Positions 16,300-27,979 of a DNA stretch of 64,000 bases are shown in pieces. The DNA is taken from NCBI GenBank assembly GCA_951406725.2, contig OX597826.1, positions 25,172,001 to 25,236,000 of the forward strand, in the 5' to 3' direction. The translations under genes and the position numbers were made by a program. Source of the stretch: Octopus vulgaris. Its lineage: Eukaryota. Below the pieces are notes generated by a model. The model did no database searches. It saw nothing but the letters and a program-made list of their open reading frames with translations, and was not told the DNA's origin. How positions within the stretch are numbered: position 1 is the stretch's first letter; the number at the start of each line of letters is the position of its first letter.

Positions 16300-18270
16300 C
16301 ATACACACTCACACACAGGACAGGTTCCTCACAGAAATATTCCTCTACCAAATTTATTCACAAGGTTTAGTTCGCCTGTGGCTATAGCAGAAAAGAAGAG
16401 CACAAGCTGCCATGAGGTGAGACTGAACCCGAAAACACATGGTTGTAAAGCGAGCTTCTTAACCACATAGGCAGTTTCCGTCGGCGCAGACATGGCTATT
16501 TCCATCTTCAGAGTTAAGCATACACACACATCGTCAGCCCAAGATCCAGCTTAATCGGAGAGTTTAAAATCAGAAAGTAATATTCCAGTCACGATCATCG
16601 CGTACATTTTCTAGTTTGCACTTGGCAATTACCATAGGGAAGAAAGAAGAAGAAAAAGAGAAAAAAGGTGGGTGTGATTTGAAAGAGATTTGACTGCTAT
16701 CTCTAGCAGACTGAGCGACTATGTAAGTGATTCTTTGCCCCCAGCCCGATGTTTGGCAAGGGCGAAAATTGATTACCAAAATGAATTCACACACTCTCAC
16801 ACACACACAACAGCAATGCCTTCTCTACGCATGCGCAAATACTGGCACACATACAAAAAGAAAAAAACTGCCACCCATCAAGCTTTCGTTTGTTTTGTTT
16901 ATTATTATTATTATTTTCTTCTCAGTCTGAAAAGGGAACGACAAGAGAGAGAAAGAGATGCGAGTGGCAGGAAGAGTAGAATGTTTTGGCTTAATGTCTC
17001 GTGGTATTTAGTTACGTTCCTTTATGTTTCCATGTCTAAAAGCCGCTAGACTTGACTTTGGCAAATCTATTACAAACGGGGCTGGTCGAGTATCTTTTAG
17101 CTGTTCTCTCTCTGTTATAAATAGATATATAAATGAGTATTTTTAACAGTTCTGCTATAAATAGGAGTAATGGAGTATTTATATCTGGCCTGTTATAAGT
17201 AGGATTTACTAGGTATCGATATCTGTCCTCGTTAGAAATAGGAAATAATTGGTATAATCTTTATCTGTCATATTATGAATTAGCTGAACTAAGGCCACAA
17301 CTAAGAGATTAAGAGCATATGATTTCTTTTTAAATTCTCTACTGCCATTTTCAGTGCTACAGCTGTCCAGTTTCTCCCTCAAAATCCAGTATCCATCTGT
17401 CCCAGAACCTGCAGGCTACAGGTAGCCTAAGCCTCCATGTCTATAGGTATTGTATGGGTATTCCAACAGGTGTTCTAAATCTGAAGGTCTTCGACAGGTA
17501 TTCTAATATGAAGGTATTCTAATCAGTAGGTATTCTGCAGATGTTCTATGCCTGTAGGTATTGCACAGTATTCTAAATCTGGAAGTATTCTACAGGTACT
17601 TAAAGTCTGCAGGTATGGTACAACTATTCTAAGCTTGGAGATATTGTACAGGTATTTTAAGCCTGTACCTGTTGTACAGTAAGCTAGAGAGTAACACTAA
17701 TAAGTCACACTGCCTCCTGGGAAAGTTCATTTGTATCGGTTTGATATCATAGTGATTTGATAGGACCAAAAGCCCTTGTAAAACCACCCAACTGGTCGTA
17801 TAGGCTTTTAAAAATTCTATTTTCTTTCTTTTCTTTATTTTATAATTTATTATTATTATTTTTGCTGGATAATATTTACAACCATTCAACCATGCAGTAA
17901 GAAGGAAGCTGTTTTAAGTGAGTAGATTCAAGTCACCAGCTCATAGACAGGCTGTTTCTCATTTTTGCCAACCCTCCTGAGACTGCTCCCGATTCTAGGA
18001 TTCCAAACACCCATTTAATAATGATAAACTTATTTTATTAAGTTCTTCATTATTTTAAAAAATTGATTGAAGCAAAGGCAGCATATTGCAACAAAAATAT
18101 GGTGACAAAAAGAATAATCTTTAACAAGAATAACTTCCAATTCTGAGACAGAAAATTTACATTTTCTACAATTCATCAATCATTACTCCAAACTCTGCCC
18201 CATTCCAACTGTTTTTGCAACAATCTCTGAGCCTGGTGAGATTTCTCATACAATTTAATTCTACATAAGT

Positions 18271-18580
18271 GGGAGATGCAGGAAGATGTGGGATGAAATA
18301 CTGAAAAACGACCTCAGAACACTGAACCTTTCAGGTGAGATGACAAAGGAGCAAGATGCCTGGTGCCTTGCTGTACTCAAGAAGACCCATACTCTGTAGC
18401 AAAAGCATTAAGACTGCTCCCTCTGGTGATGAAAAGCACTCATGGCAGTTTTGCATAAAAGCGCATGCGCAGTGTCACATAAAAACATCCATGCAATGTC
18501 ATGTTAAAGCACTCAGTACACTCTGTAAAGTGGTTGGCATTAGAGAGGGCATCCAACTGTAGAAACCATGCCAAAACAGA
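18271..18580 (+). mobile_element. RTE-clade LINE 3' end
   Basis: GRCRKMWDEILKNDLRTLNLSGEMTKEQDAW matches the RTE C-terminal GRPRKTWxxxVKxDL...DRxxWR motif; the following UTR (gtggttggcattag...ggcatcca.ctgtagaaac) recurs in many short (GAT)n-tailed copies. Confidence 0.8.
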
Positions 18581-19629
18581 CCAATAAAATAAGACTCAGA
18601 TTTGAAAATAAGCACTTGGGATTATTTGTTTAACTAAAGACTTCAAGGCAGTGACCCAACATCGCCACAACCCAATGACCCCCAGTATTTATTTTTTTTT
18701 GTGTCTATTACTTATTCTGTCAGTCTCTTTTGTCCAATTGTCAAGTTACAGGGATGTAAACAAACCAACACCAGTTCTCAAGCAATGGAATAGGGACAAA
18801 CATAAACACGTGCACATACAAACACACACACACATATATACACATGACAGACTTCTGCACAGTTTCCTTCGACCAAATTCACTCACAGGGTATTGCTTGA
18901 CCCAGAGCTATTGTAAAAGGCACCTACCCAAGGTGCCATGCAGTGGGACTGAACCCACAACTATGTGGTCACAAAGAAAGCTTCTTAACCACACAGCTGT
19001 GCTTAAGCCTGGTGGCTGCATAAAAATCATGGCTTGTGTTACTTCATTGGATAACAGCAATTACGCTATGTACATATTGTTGTTGTTGAAATAGTTGTGA
19101 CATATCAGTCAGTCTGTCAATAGTACACGAAGCATTGTTTATCAATGGTTCATTCATCAATGATTTCGGATAACATGGTACACTTAACTACAAACCATGT
19201 TATGCTTATTTCAGACTGATCTCTAATAACTGCTAAGTTACTGGGATGTAAACACACCAACACCAGTTGTCAAGCTGTGGTAAGGGACAAACACAGACAC
19301 ACACACGATGAGCTTCTTTCAGTTTCCATCTACCAAATTCACTCACAAGACTTTGGTCAGTCCAAGACTATCATAGAAGACACTTGCTCAATGTGCAATG
19401 CAGAACCATAAAAATGGGAAGCAAACTTCTTTACCATACAGCCATTCATATATCTAGATGTAAACCCCTTTTCTACTCAAGGCACAAAGTCTGGAATTTT
19501 GGGGGGAGGAGCTAGTCGATTAGATTGACCCTAGTAAGCAACTGGTACTTAATTTTATCGATCCCGATAGGATGAAAGGCAAAGTCAACCTTGGCGGAAT
19601 TTGAACTCAGAACATAAAGACAGACGAAA

Positions 19630-19661
<32 letters not shown>

Positions 19662-19835
19662 TTGTATGTGCACATGTTTATGTTTGTCCCTTCTCCATCG
19701 CTTGAGAACTGGTGTTGGTTTGTTTACATCCCTGTAACTTGCCAGTTGGGCATTTCACCCGGCATGCTAATGTTTCCACCAGCTCACAGCCTTGATGTAA
19801 ATACATTATCAGGAATCAAAGTGTTTTATCAGGAA

Positions 19836-20207
19836 CTAGCAGTATTGCCCGACGTTGCTCGGGTTTGTTTCAACCCTTTAGAATTGGAATTTTTGAAAAG
19901 TAAAAATTTTGCATTATGTAGCTTGTTATTCTCTTTAAGTGGACATTTTTCTGGTTGAAATACACCGAAAAATGGCAACACAGCAGTCAAAAAGTCATAT
20001 AAAAATAAGGATTTTCATAGATGTAAATAATTTTTGGTCTTAACATAGTCTGATTTGAATTTTTTCTTCTACGGAATGAAGAGCAAGCCTTCTTCTATCA
20101 TACTCTCAATTTTGGTCAACTGTGCCACAGGGTCTCGGAGGAGATAGTGTTAGTTGAAGGCTGCCAAACCTGCCACACACAGACAACTTCAGCTTTATAT
20201 ATATAGA
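19836..20207 (-). mobile_element. Non-autonomous Helitron
   Basis: Minus strand A|TC...CTAG|T, subterminal hairpin cccga-cgttgc-tcggg (19848-19863), no TSD. Confidence 0.85.
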
Positions 20208-20559
20208 TTGATTTACGCTCCAGCCAATGCAATCCTTGTCATTCTACATTACCTCTTGTAATATTCTCTTTAATAACCAATATAATAAACCCATCACATT
20301 GCCTGTTAATTGTTTTTTAAGTCTATACCTTAGGCACTTGGCTGAAATCACCTGCTGAATTGATACAATAACTGTTACTAATCTTGTTTACCTTTATGGA
20401 AATATCTAATCAAAAGGTGTTACAAGTTAGTCACCTGGAGATTATTTACAAAAATAGCTGGTTCTTTTTTTAGATGCAAAGATCTTTTATCGTAAAGAGG
20501 ATTTGTCAGTGTGTGTGGGCGTATGGGTGTGTGTTTATATATGTACATGTACACGTGAG

Positions 20560-20592
<33 letters not shown>

Positions 20593-20709
20593 ATATATAT
20601 ATATGTATGTATATATATTTGGGGGAGAATTTACAAAAAAAAAAAGGTGAAGACAGGTGGTGTAGACAACAAACAGATGTATAAGTTTAACACTCGGGAA
20701 GTGAAAAAG

Positions 20710-20747
20710 CCTTTAACGTTTCGAGCCTATGCTCTTCCACAGAAAGG
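20710..20747 (-). ncRNA. Minimal type I hammerhead ribozyme-like motif (Penelope-type) with variant core
   Basis: CCTTT-CTGTGGA-A-GAGC-atag-GCTC-GAAAC-GTT-AAAGG: perfect stems I and II, palindromic AACGTT stem III; core CUGUGGA instead of CUGANGA. Confidence 0.6.
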
Positions 20748-20914
20748 AACAATGCAAACGTGTGAATGTGTGTGTGTGTGTATGATTGTATAAACATGTA
20801 TGAAACTTAGAAGTAAAATGTAAGTAATATTTAGTGAAGTTTCCAATTTAATATATACTTGTGTGTGTGTTTATATATATGTATACACATTCTCACACAC
20901 ACACATTGTATATA

Positions 20915-21480
20915 TGCTGGGTGTTTGGGCTAAATTTGATGACTTTTTTTTTATGTCTCTTTTATTGAGGAACTGTTTGCTGAACAGTCAATGGCGTTGG
21001 AGAGCATAAAAATTAGTAACTGAGAAAAAGTTAGCTGGCAAGGATGAGTGGGAATCATCTGAATACTGGAAAAGAGTTACTTGAATCACGATGATTGATG
21101 CCAGGTATCAAAACGCCAACATCATGACATGCAGTTTTTTTTTTTGAAATGTTAAAGCTTCATGTTTACCATGAGAGAATTTGCTTTATCAAATACTCTG
21201 TGAACACTAAACCCTGTAAGATGTAACATGGACAACTGCAATGGAGAATACAAAGCCTTGACCAGCAGGAAGGTGATGGTCTTTGTGTGTGTCTCTAGTG
21301 AAGGTGATACCATGTGGCTGCATATCTTTGAACATGGCTGCAGGCTCAGTTCAGATGGCTATGTGAAGTTGCTGGAGGGCTACATGTGTGGCAGCAGCAG
21401 AATTTGGCTCATTGCCATACCTCCAGAAAGAGTCGGAAGTGTTTGTCAGAAAATTCCTACAAATTCACCAGCCCTGAGTT
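20915..21480 (+). mobile_element. Tc1/mariner DD37D (maT)-like transposase relic
   Basis: VMVFVCVSSEGDTMWLHIFEHGCRLSSDGYVKLL and VWQQ..AHCHTSRKSRKCLSEN match the DD37D motifs VMVxGxVSSEGDVMPPH and WQQDSAPCHTS. Confidence 0.75.
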
Positions 21481-22734
21481 CTGACTTGTACTTATAAACT
21501 TTTTTTAACATCTAGTACTCATTTTGTCATTTTTATTTGCTGAACTGCTAAGTTATAGTGGCTCAAACAAACCAACACTAGTCTAATGGGACAAACAGAC
21601 AAAAACACTATCTATCTATATTATAGGCTTCCAAACAGTTTCCATCAACTAAAGTCACTTACAAGGCACTGGTCAGCCTGAGGCTATAATAGAAGACCCT
21701 GCTCAAGGTGCTATGCAGTGGGATTGAACCTGACACCATGTGGATGCAAAGTAAGCTTTTTAACCACACAGCCATGCCTGAAGGGAAAAAAACACATAAA
21801 GGAAGAAAAGAAAACATTAAAAACAAATGAAAAAAAACGATCAGATTAAATTTGTTTAGGTGGTGAGAGTAGCAAGTGGGGGTGAGTGAGAGGAATGTGA
21901 GGAGTAGAGGGAAGAGGGAAAATGAGACTAAAGACTAAAGAAAAAAAAAGGAGATAGAAACATATGTAAAACAAACAAAGAAATGGACCAGATAAAGATA
22001 CTGTAATGTACACAGAGAAATTTTGAATCCACCCTCACCAAATCCTTTTTGTGCCCATCTCCACTCAGTGGAAATATTAAGCTGTAAAAAGGTATATCAG
22101 TCACAGGGTACAATAAGCAATAGGTAAATTGAGATGATGCCCCCTCTCATCACCCCCAACTTAGCCCTCACCTCTACTCCCCTCGGGCCCTCCCCCACAC
22201 TGTCTGGTGCACCAGGGCATGCACACCCCTATCTCACTCATCCCCTCAGAGCCACAGAAAAGAGACTTCCTGTTTCTTTCTGTTTCTATTTTACTTGTTA
22301 GAACCTGGAAGGCAGGTGATGGGGTGGGCAGTGATAGTGAGGGGTAAGGGTCAGCTTTTTCATTCTTCTTTCTCTCTTTCCTCATTCCTTTTACCTGCTG
22401 AAAAGTAGAAGTTAGTAGACAGTAGTAGCTCTCGCACTTACCACATTAAAAGCCATATTATATAATATCTCTGATATTAAACAGGAAAGAGTTGGTTGTG
22501 TATGTATGTTTATATACATACAAACACACATGCACACACACACACACAAACGTGTGGAGGTGCATGGCTTAGTGGTTAGGATGTTGGACTCATGATTGCA
22601 AGACTGTGGTTTCAATTCCTGGACTGGGTGATGAGTTGTGTTCAAGAGTAAAATACATTTTGTGTTGCCCCAGTCCACTCAGCTGGCAAAAGTAAGTAAT
22701 CTAATAATGGACAAGCATCCTATCTTAGGGAGAA

Positions 22735-23102
22735 GGAGTGGCTGTGTGGTAAGTAGCTTGCTTACCAACCACACGGTTCCAGGTTCAGTCCCACTGTGTG
22801 GTACCTAGGGCAAGTGTCTTCTGCTATAGCCTCGGGCCGACCAAAGCCTTGTGAGTGGATTTGGTAGATGGAAACTGAAAGAAGCCTGTTGTATATATGT
22901 GTGTGTGTGTCTGTCTGTTTGTCCCCTTAACATCGCTTGACAACCGATGCTGGTGTGTTTACGTCCCCGTAGCTTAGCGGTTCGACAAAAGAGACCAATA
23001 GAATAAGTACTAGGCTTACAAATAATAAGTCCTGGGGTTGATTTGCTCAACTGAAGGTGGTGCTCCAGCATGGCCACAGTCAAATGACTGAAACAAGTAA
23101 AA

Positions 23103-23104
<2 letters not shown>
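22735..23104 (+). mobile_element. SINE family A, full length
   Basis: ggagtggctgtgtggtaag head through to the aaacaagtaaaaga tail. Confidence 0.9.
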
Positions 23105-23136
<32 letters not shown>

Positions 23137-23304
23137 TTTATTTAAAAGCAGCAGAAATTCAACAAAACCTGTTACTCAGAGTTTCATGTTCCTGAGTAAC
23201 AGGTTTAGTCAAATTTCTGCTGCTTTTAAATAAAGCATATTACTCTACTCCTGGTATTTGAGTACTCTTTTTTCCACCTTGTTTCACATTTATGTGTTTA
23301 CTCC

Positions 23305-23340
<36 letters not shown>

Positions 23341-23369
23341 AACATATACATACATATATACGCAGTTAT

Positions 23370-23590
23370 CTTCTCAGACACTTACGCGAAAGGGTCCTAA
23401 CAGAAGCAACCTTGTTACACTTTCTGGCTGGATTCCCAAGCTTACTGACTGAGACCACAGATATCATCCAACCTTCTAGTGCTTGGTCTACCCCCAGGTC
23501 TCCAGCCAGTTGGATCAGCTTGAAGAATTCATCATGTGATTCTTTCCTGTGACATTCTGACCACATATCCATAGCACAGGAACTGCAAAT
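23370..23590 (-). mobile_element. RTE-like LINE ORF2 C-terminal relic
   Basis: QFLCYGYVVRMSQERIT**ILQADPTGWRPGGRPSTRRLDDI corresponds to QLRWxGHVxRM...RPRGRPRxRWxD; the stops are TGA TGA, likely CpG decay of CGA CGA. Confidence 0.8.
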
Positions 23591-26402
23591 GTATATATTT
23601 TTGTGGATGGTGTTGAAATGGAGACACAAGATGGCATAGAGTAAAGAAAACTCTATAGTTATGTCAAGAGCATGATAACCTCTTTAGTGCTAGTGCATGC
23701 ATATACAGCTGCGTGCGTGCGCACATACATGCGAGTGCTGTCCAAATCTCTGACCAATCACATACGGCTAGCTGGCATTCAGTTGGCGTATCAAGTTTTG
23801 AGCATTTTGATTGGGTTTTGGAAAGAAAATTCACAAAAGAGTCACTTCTATTGATTTTTTAATGGCTTTGCAGGGTGACTGGAGAAATGTAAAGATGTGC
23901 ACAGCCACCCTTGGACGGTTTTGATTAACCATAGAAAGTGCGATCTCTCTAACTAAAAAATTGTGGATTTGTATAAAGGACACACACACAGACACACATT
24001 TTGCCATTTATATATATAGAGATGACATGAAAAAGCAATGTGCCCACTGCACTCTGTAAAGTGGTTGGTCTTAGGAAGGTCATCCAGCCAGCGAAGGTGT
24101 GGTTTCTCAAAGCATGCAGGTAAACAGTAACACTGAAAAAAAAGACTCATTCTGTGACAACCTGTCCAACCCATGCCAGCAAGAAACGTGCAAGTCTGGA
24201 GAACTCAGAACCATGTTAACCCATCTATCTCTTTTCTAATCATTTTGGTACCAACGTGCCTAACATACAATATGTGCCATTTTGAAGTGTCTATATTTAA
24301 AATGAAACCTTTCATAGTTTGATCAAAGGAACATTTCGTTCAGTTATGTTCCAAGTATCATCTTGATAATGGACAGGATAGTTAGTTTACTTAATCCTTC
24401 ACAGACAATGAATCTCATTATAAATTGTCTTCGCCATCACCATTTAAAGTCTGTGTTCCATGCTTGCTGACATGCGTAAATGGTTTGGCAATATCTAATG
24501 CATCTGAAGACTGCATCATATTCCATATCTGCTTTGGCATGTTATCTACAACTGGTTGCCCTTCCAAATGCCAACCACTTTATAGTATGTACTGGGTACC
24601 TTTTTCTTTTTTCCATGGCACCAACATTAGTGGGGTCATTATGCCACTTGCAAGACAAAGATCCTACTTGACTGACAGCGACACACAATAGACAGGGATG
24701 CAACTTTATGCTAGGAGATGAGGGTTTAAAATATTAAAGAAGGGGTAGGAATAGTTGTATGTACATTTTGCTTCCTGTAGCATTTTAGAAAAGGGTGAAG
24801 ACAATGGAGCGTGATTAGATGAAAATGTAGCTCTATTTTATAAGGTGGGGACAACTGTGAAGTCAAGAGACCACTTAGTGGTTCCTTCATTGGCAAGAGA
24901 AAAAGTAGGTGTATGTACTGAGTAGATATGTAAGTGACCTGCATCTAGCTAGTTCTAAAGAGTAGAATAGGCACAGTGGTGACAGAAGTGCTGGACAAGA
25001 CACAACCTGTCTGCAAGTCAGAGGGTCTTTATCAGTTAGCAATCAGCTAGGACATATGTTTGTACTTGTAGTAGCAGCAATGTCATGTAAGGTATATCAG
25101 CAATACGCCAGTTATGTGGGTCAAAATTTGAGCTTTGTACAATGTTAGCAACTGTTTTAGGTTTTAATATATTTTGGGGTCCCTGAGGAGGTGACTTAGC
25201 TTTTAGAAGGCAGTTTTTTTTTTTTTGAAATGTTAAAGCTCCATAGTTTACCATGAGAGAATTTGCTTTATCAAATATTTACCATCATCATCATACACAC
25301 ACACATGCAATCACACAAACTAAGTCAAGTATTTAGTTTAAGCTGTTCTGTCAACTATCAACCTTCACTTCCTGTAGCATTTTATATAATAGTCTAAAGG
25401 AAAGGATTTGTGGTGACTAGAAGATGGGATGTTGTGTACTTTATGCCTCATCAAAAGGCATTACTGATGGATGTAAAGTGTTGTTAATAGGTAATAAATA
25501 ATTCAAAGTAATTAATAGATTTGATGTTTTTAACAAATTACAACACAGCTGTTGGTGATACACAGACACACACAAATACTCACACGTTTGTGTGGTTGTG
25601 AAATTCACTTTGCAACCACTAGTTTTCGGTTTTACCACAATGCATGAAACCAGAAGTGTCTCTCTTCTACCACAGCACCCAGCTGACTAATACCTTGTGA
25701 GCAAAATTTGGTACACGGACCCTTTTGTATGTATATGTGTGAGTGAGTATACGTGTATATAAAACACCTTTACTAGGTAAAGTGTCTAAACTTGATCAGT
25801 GGATTTTTCCTCATCTGACAGCTTCTCAGCTTAATCAAGGAGTTGCCCTCTCCTTGTTATGTAGGAGTAGAATATCTACTGAATCTTTCCATCACAAATA
25901 ATGAAAAGTGGGTCCTCTATAACTGTATCCAACGAAAATGGCAATAGTTAGTACCTAATGAAAATGGAAAATCAATCTCCAAACAGGGTACACCTGAAAA
26001 AAGTTATGCCTTGTGAAGTATGTCTATCATGAGAAGTTAAACCAAACTGAAACAGTTTTATGGGGTGAAGTACTGTCAGCAGCTGAAAGCATTGCACAAA
26101 AATTTGCAAGAAAAGTGCCCCTCATTGGTCAGACATTAAGAGGTGTTGCTCTAACATGATAATGCAAGACCACCTAATGCCCAAGTCACTCAGGAAAAGA
26201 TTATGGCAATAAATGTAGAAGTTTTGTCTCATCCTCCTTATTCTCTTAACCTTAGTCCATCTGACAGTCATTTTTTCAGGTCACAGCAATATTATGCAGA
26301 AGGAAAAGAGCTCATAAATTGTGAAAGAGTGTTTCTGTGGTTCAGATCCTGAACAATTTTATACCTGAGGGATAAGCAATTTACCAAATAAATGGGATTA
26401 TA

Positions 26403-26727
26403 GTTCTATATTTAAGAGATGAGGAAAATTTACATTCGATGGATATTTGTCCTCATTTGTTGTTAATACAACCTTTCGGCCGATATACCCTCCAGCATTC
26501 ATCAGGTGCCTTGGGGAAATTTCAAACTTAAGTTCTCATTCCTAAGGCTTTTTTTTTTAATGTTATTATCATTATTATTATTTAGGTCACTGCCGGGAAT
26601 CAAACTCGGAATCTTGAGGTTAGTAGCCTGCGCTCTTAACCACTATGCACACGGGCATATAGCATAGTGGTTAAGAGTGTGGGCTACTAACCGAGAGGTT
26701 CCGAGTTCAATTCCAGGCAGTAACCTG

Positions 26728-26758
<31 letters not shown>

Positions 26759-26905
26759 GCAACAGCAACAACAACAACAACAACAACATGAGAACCCAGG
26801 TTTGAAATTTCCCAATGACACCTGATGAAGGCTGGAGGGTATATCATCCGAAACGTGTTAACAACAAACAAGATGAGGACAAATATCCATCAAATGTAAA
26901 TAATG
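26403..26905. mobile_element. Fold-back retroelement: back-to-back tRNA-like heads, each followed by a hammerhead motif; 14-bp TSD
   Basis: Inverted arms ~26428-26648 and ~26662-26901; TSD taaatgggattata at 26389-26402 and 26906-26919; A-box 26660-26670, B-box 26705-26714; CTGATGA...GAAA at 26822-26853 (+) and 26505-26474 (-). Confidence 0.85.
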
Positions 26906-26929
26906 TAAATGGGATTATATTATCAATAA

Positions 26930-27446
26930 CTAGCAGTATCGCCCGGCGTTGCTCGGGTTTGTAAGGGAAATAACTATATAAGCATTTTTAGAGAGTTACT
27001 TCCTTTATAGATGCCAATTCAGGCTTTCTTAGCCATTTCTGTTTTGGTGTCTTCAAGCCATGAAGTCGTTGTTCTAAAAGAACGCTGGTCTCCTTGACAA
27101 CGCATTACGACGTTGATTTCCTTAAACTCCCTTCCCCACAGCTTCACGAGGGAGGGAAGAAGGAGGAGAAGCAAACACAGGTGCAGGTGTTTGAGCGTGG
27201 ACACCAACTCCGCCGCCATCGACACCCGAAAAATTATGCATTAAAATGGAATAAAAAATTATGTTAAATTATTTTTAAAATCGTAGACTCATCGTAGATG
27301 CGCGCTAATAGCCAGACGGGCTTGATATTAATCACGACTATAAGATACCCGAATTTGGTTAAACTGCACCGCAAAATGTGGGAGGAGTTAGGAATCTAAA
27401 TCGTAGGAGACAGACACTCACACAACTACAGTTTTATATATATAGA
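26930..27446 (-). mobile_element. Non-autonomous Helitron (same termini as 19836-20207, different interior)
   Basis: A|TC...CTAG|T on minus, hairpin gcccggcgttgctcggg, no TSD; inserted in the mariner ORF. Confidence 0.85.
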
Positions 27447-27938
27447 TGAGGGGAAATATGATCTTGATTGAATAAATCAATTAAGACCAAAGAAACATTC
27501 GTTTCTCTCCCATCTTGAAATGTGATAGGGTCTAAATACATATATACATACATGCGTAGGCTTCGGAACAGGGAGTGCAAGTGCACCCCTGGAAGTTTAG
27601 TGGGTATAGGGTGGGACGCAATGAAAATGCTTTGAACATACTCCTGAAAAACTTCACCACCAAAATAAATAAACATAAAAAAGATTTTTGAACTGATTTG
27701 AAACATTAACTTTTCCATGATTGGGTTTACCTGAACTGATTGATGGACAAATATATTAAATGATAAGAATTAGTTTATTACACCTGTGTTTGTTTTGAAG
27801 TTAAGATTGAAAAGAAATTTGACCTTGTTTGTAAAAAATTTTAGATCTGGGTTTGCACCCCCTGGGCAAAGTTCATTCCTGCACATACAGACATGCATAC
27901 ACAAATTCCACACTTCACACAAACACACACATATATAT

Positions 27939-27979
<41 letters not shown>

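Larger units (their letters stand above)
25760..27475 (+). mobile_element. Mariner (DD34D) transposase relic interrupted by two nested insertions
   Basis: HDNARP...EVLSHPPYSLNLSPSDSHFFRS at ~26150-26285; the C-terminus GISNLPNKWDYIINNEGKYDLD* is restored after removing 26403-26919 and 26930-27446. Confidence 0.85.

Noticed and set aside
23386-23582. Apparent 197-bp minus-strand exon with good cag/gtaagt sites and an open frame (SCAMDMWSECH...)
   Set aside because: Phases (2 to 1) do not fit the phase-0 intron, and another frame carries clear RTE LINE motifs, so it is a LINE relic. It could at most act as a cryptic poison exon.
26653-26725. tRNA gene
   Set aside because: A and B boxes are present but acceptor and anticodon stems pair poorly; it is part of a repeat head. 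The same applies to the other SINE heads.
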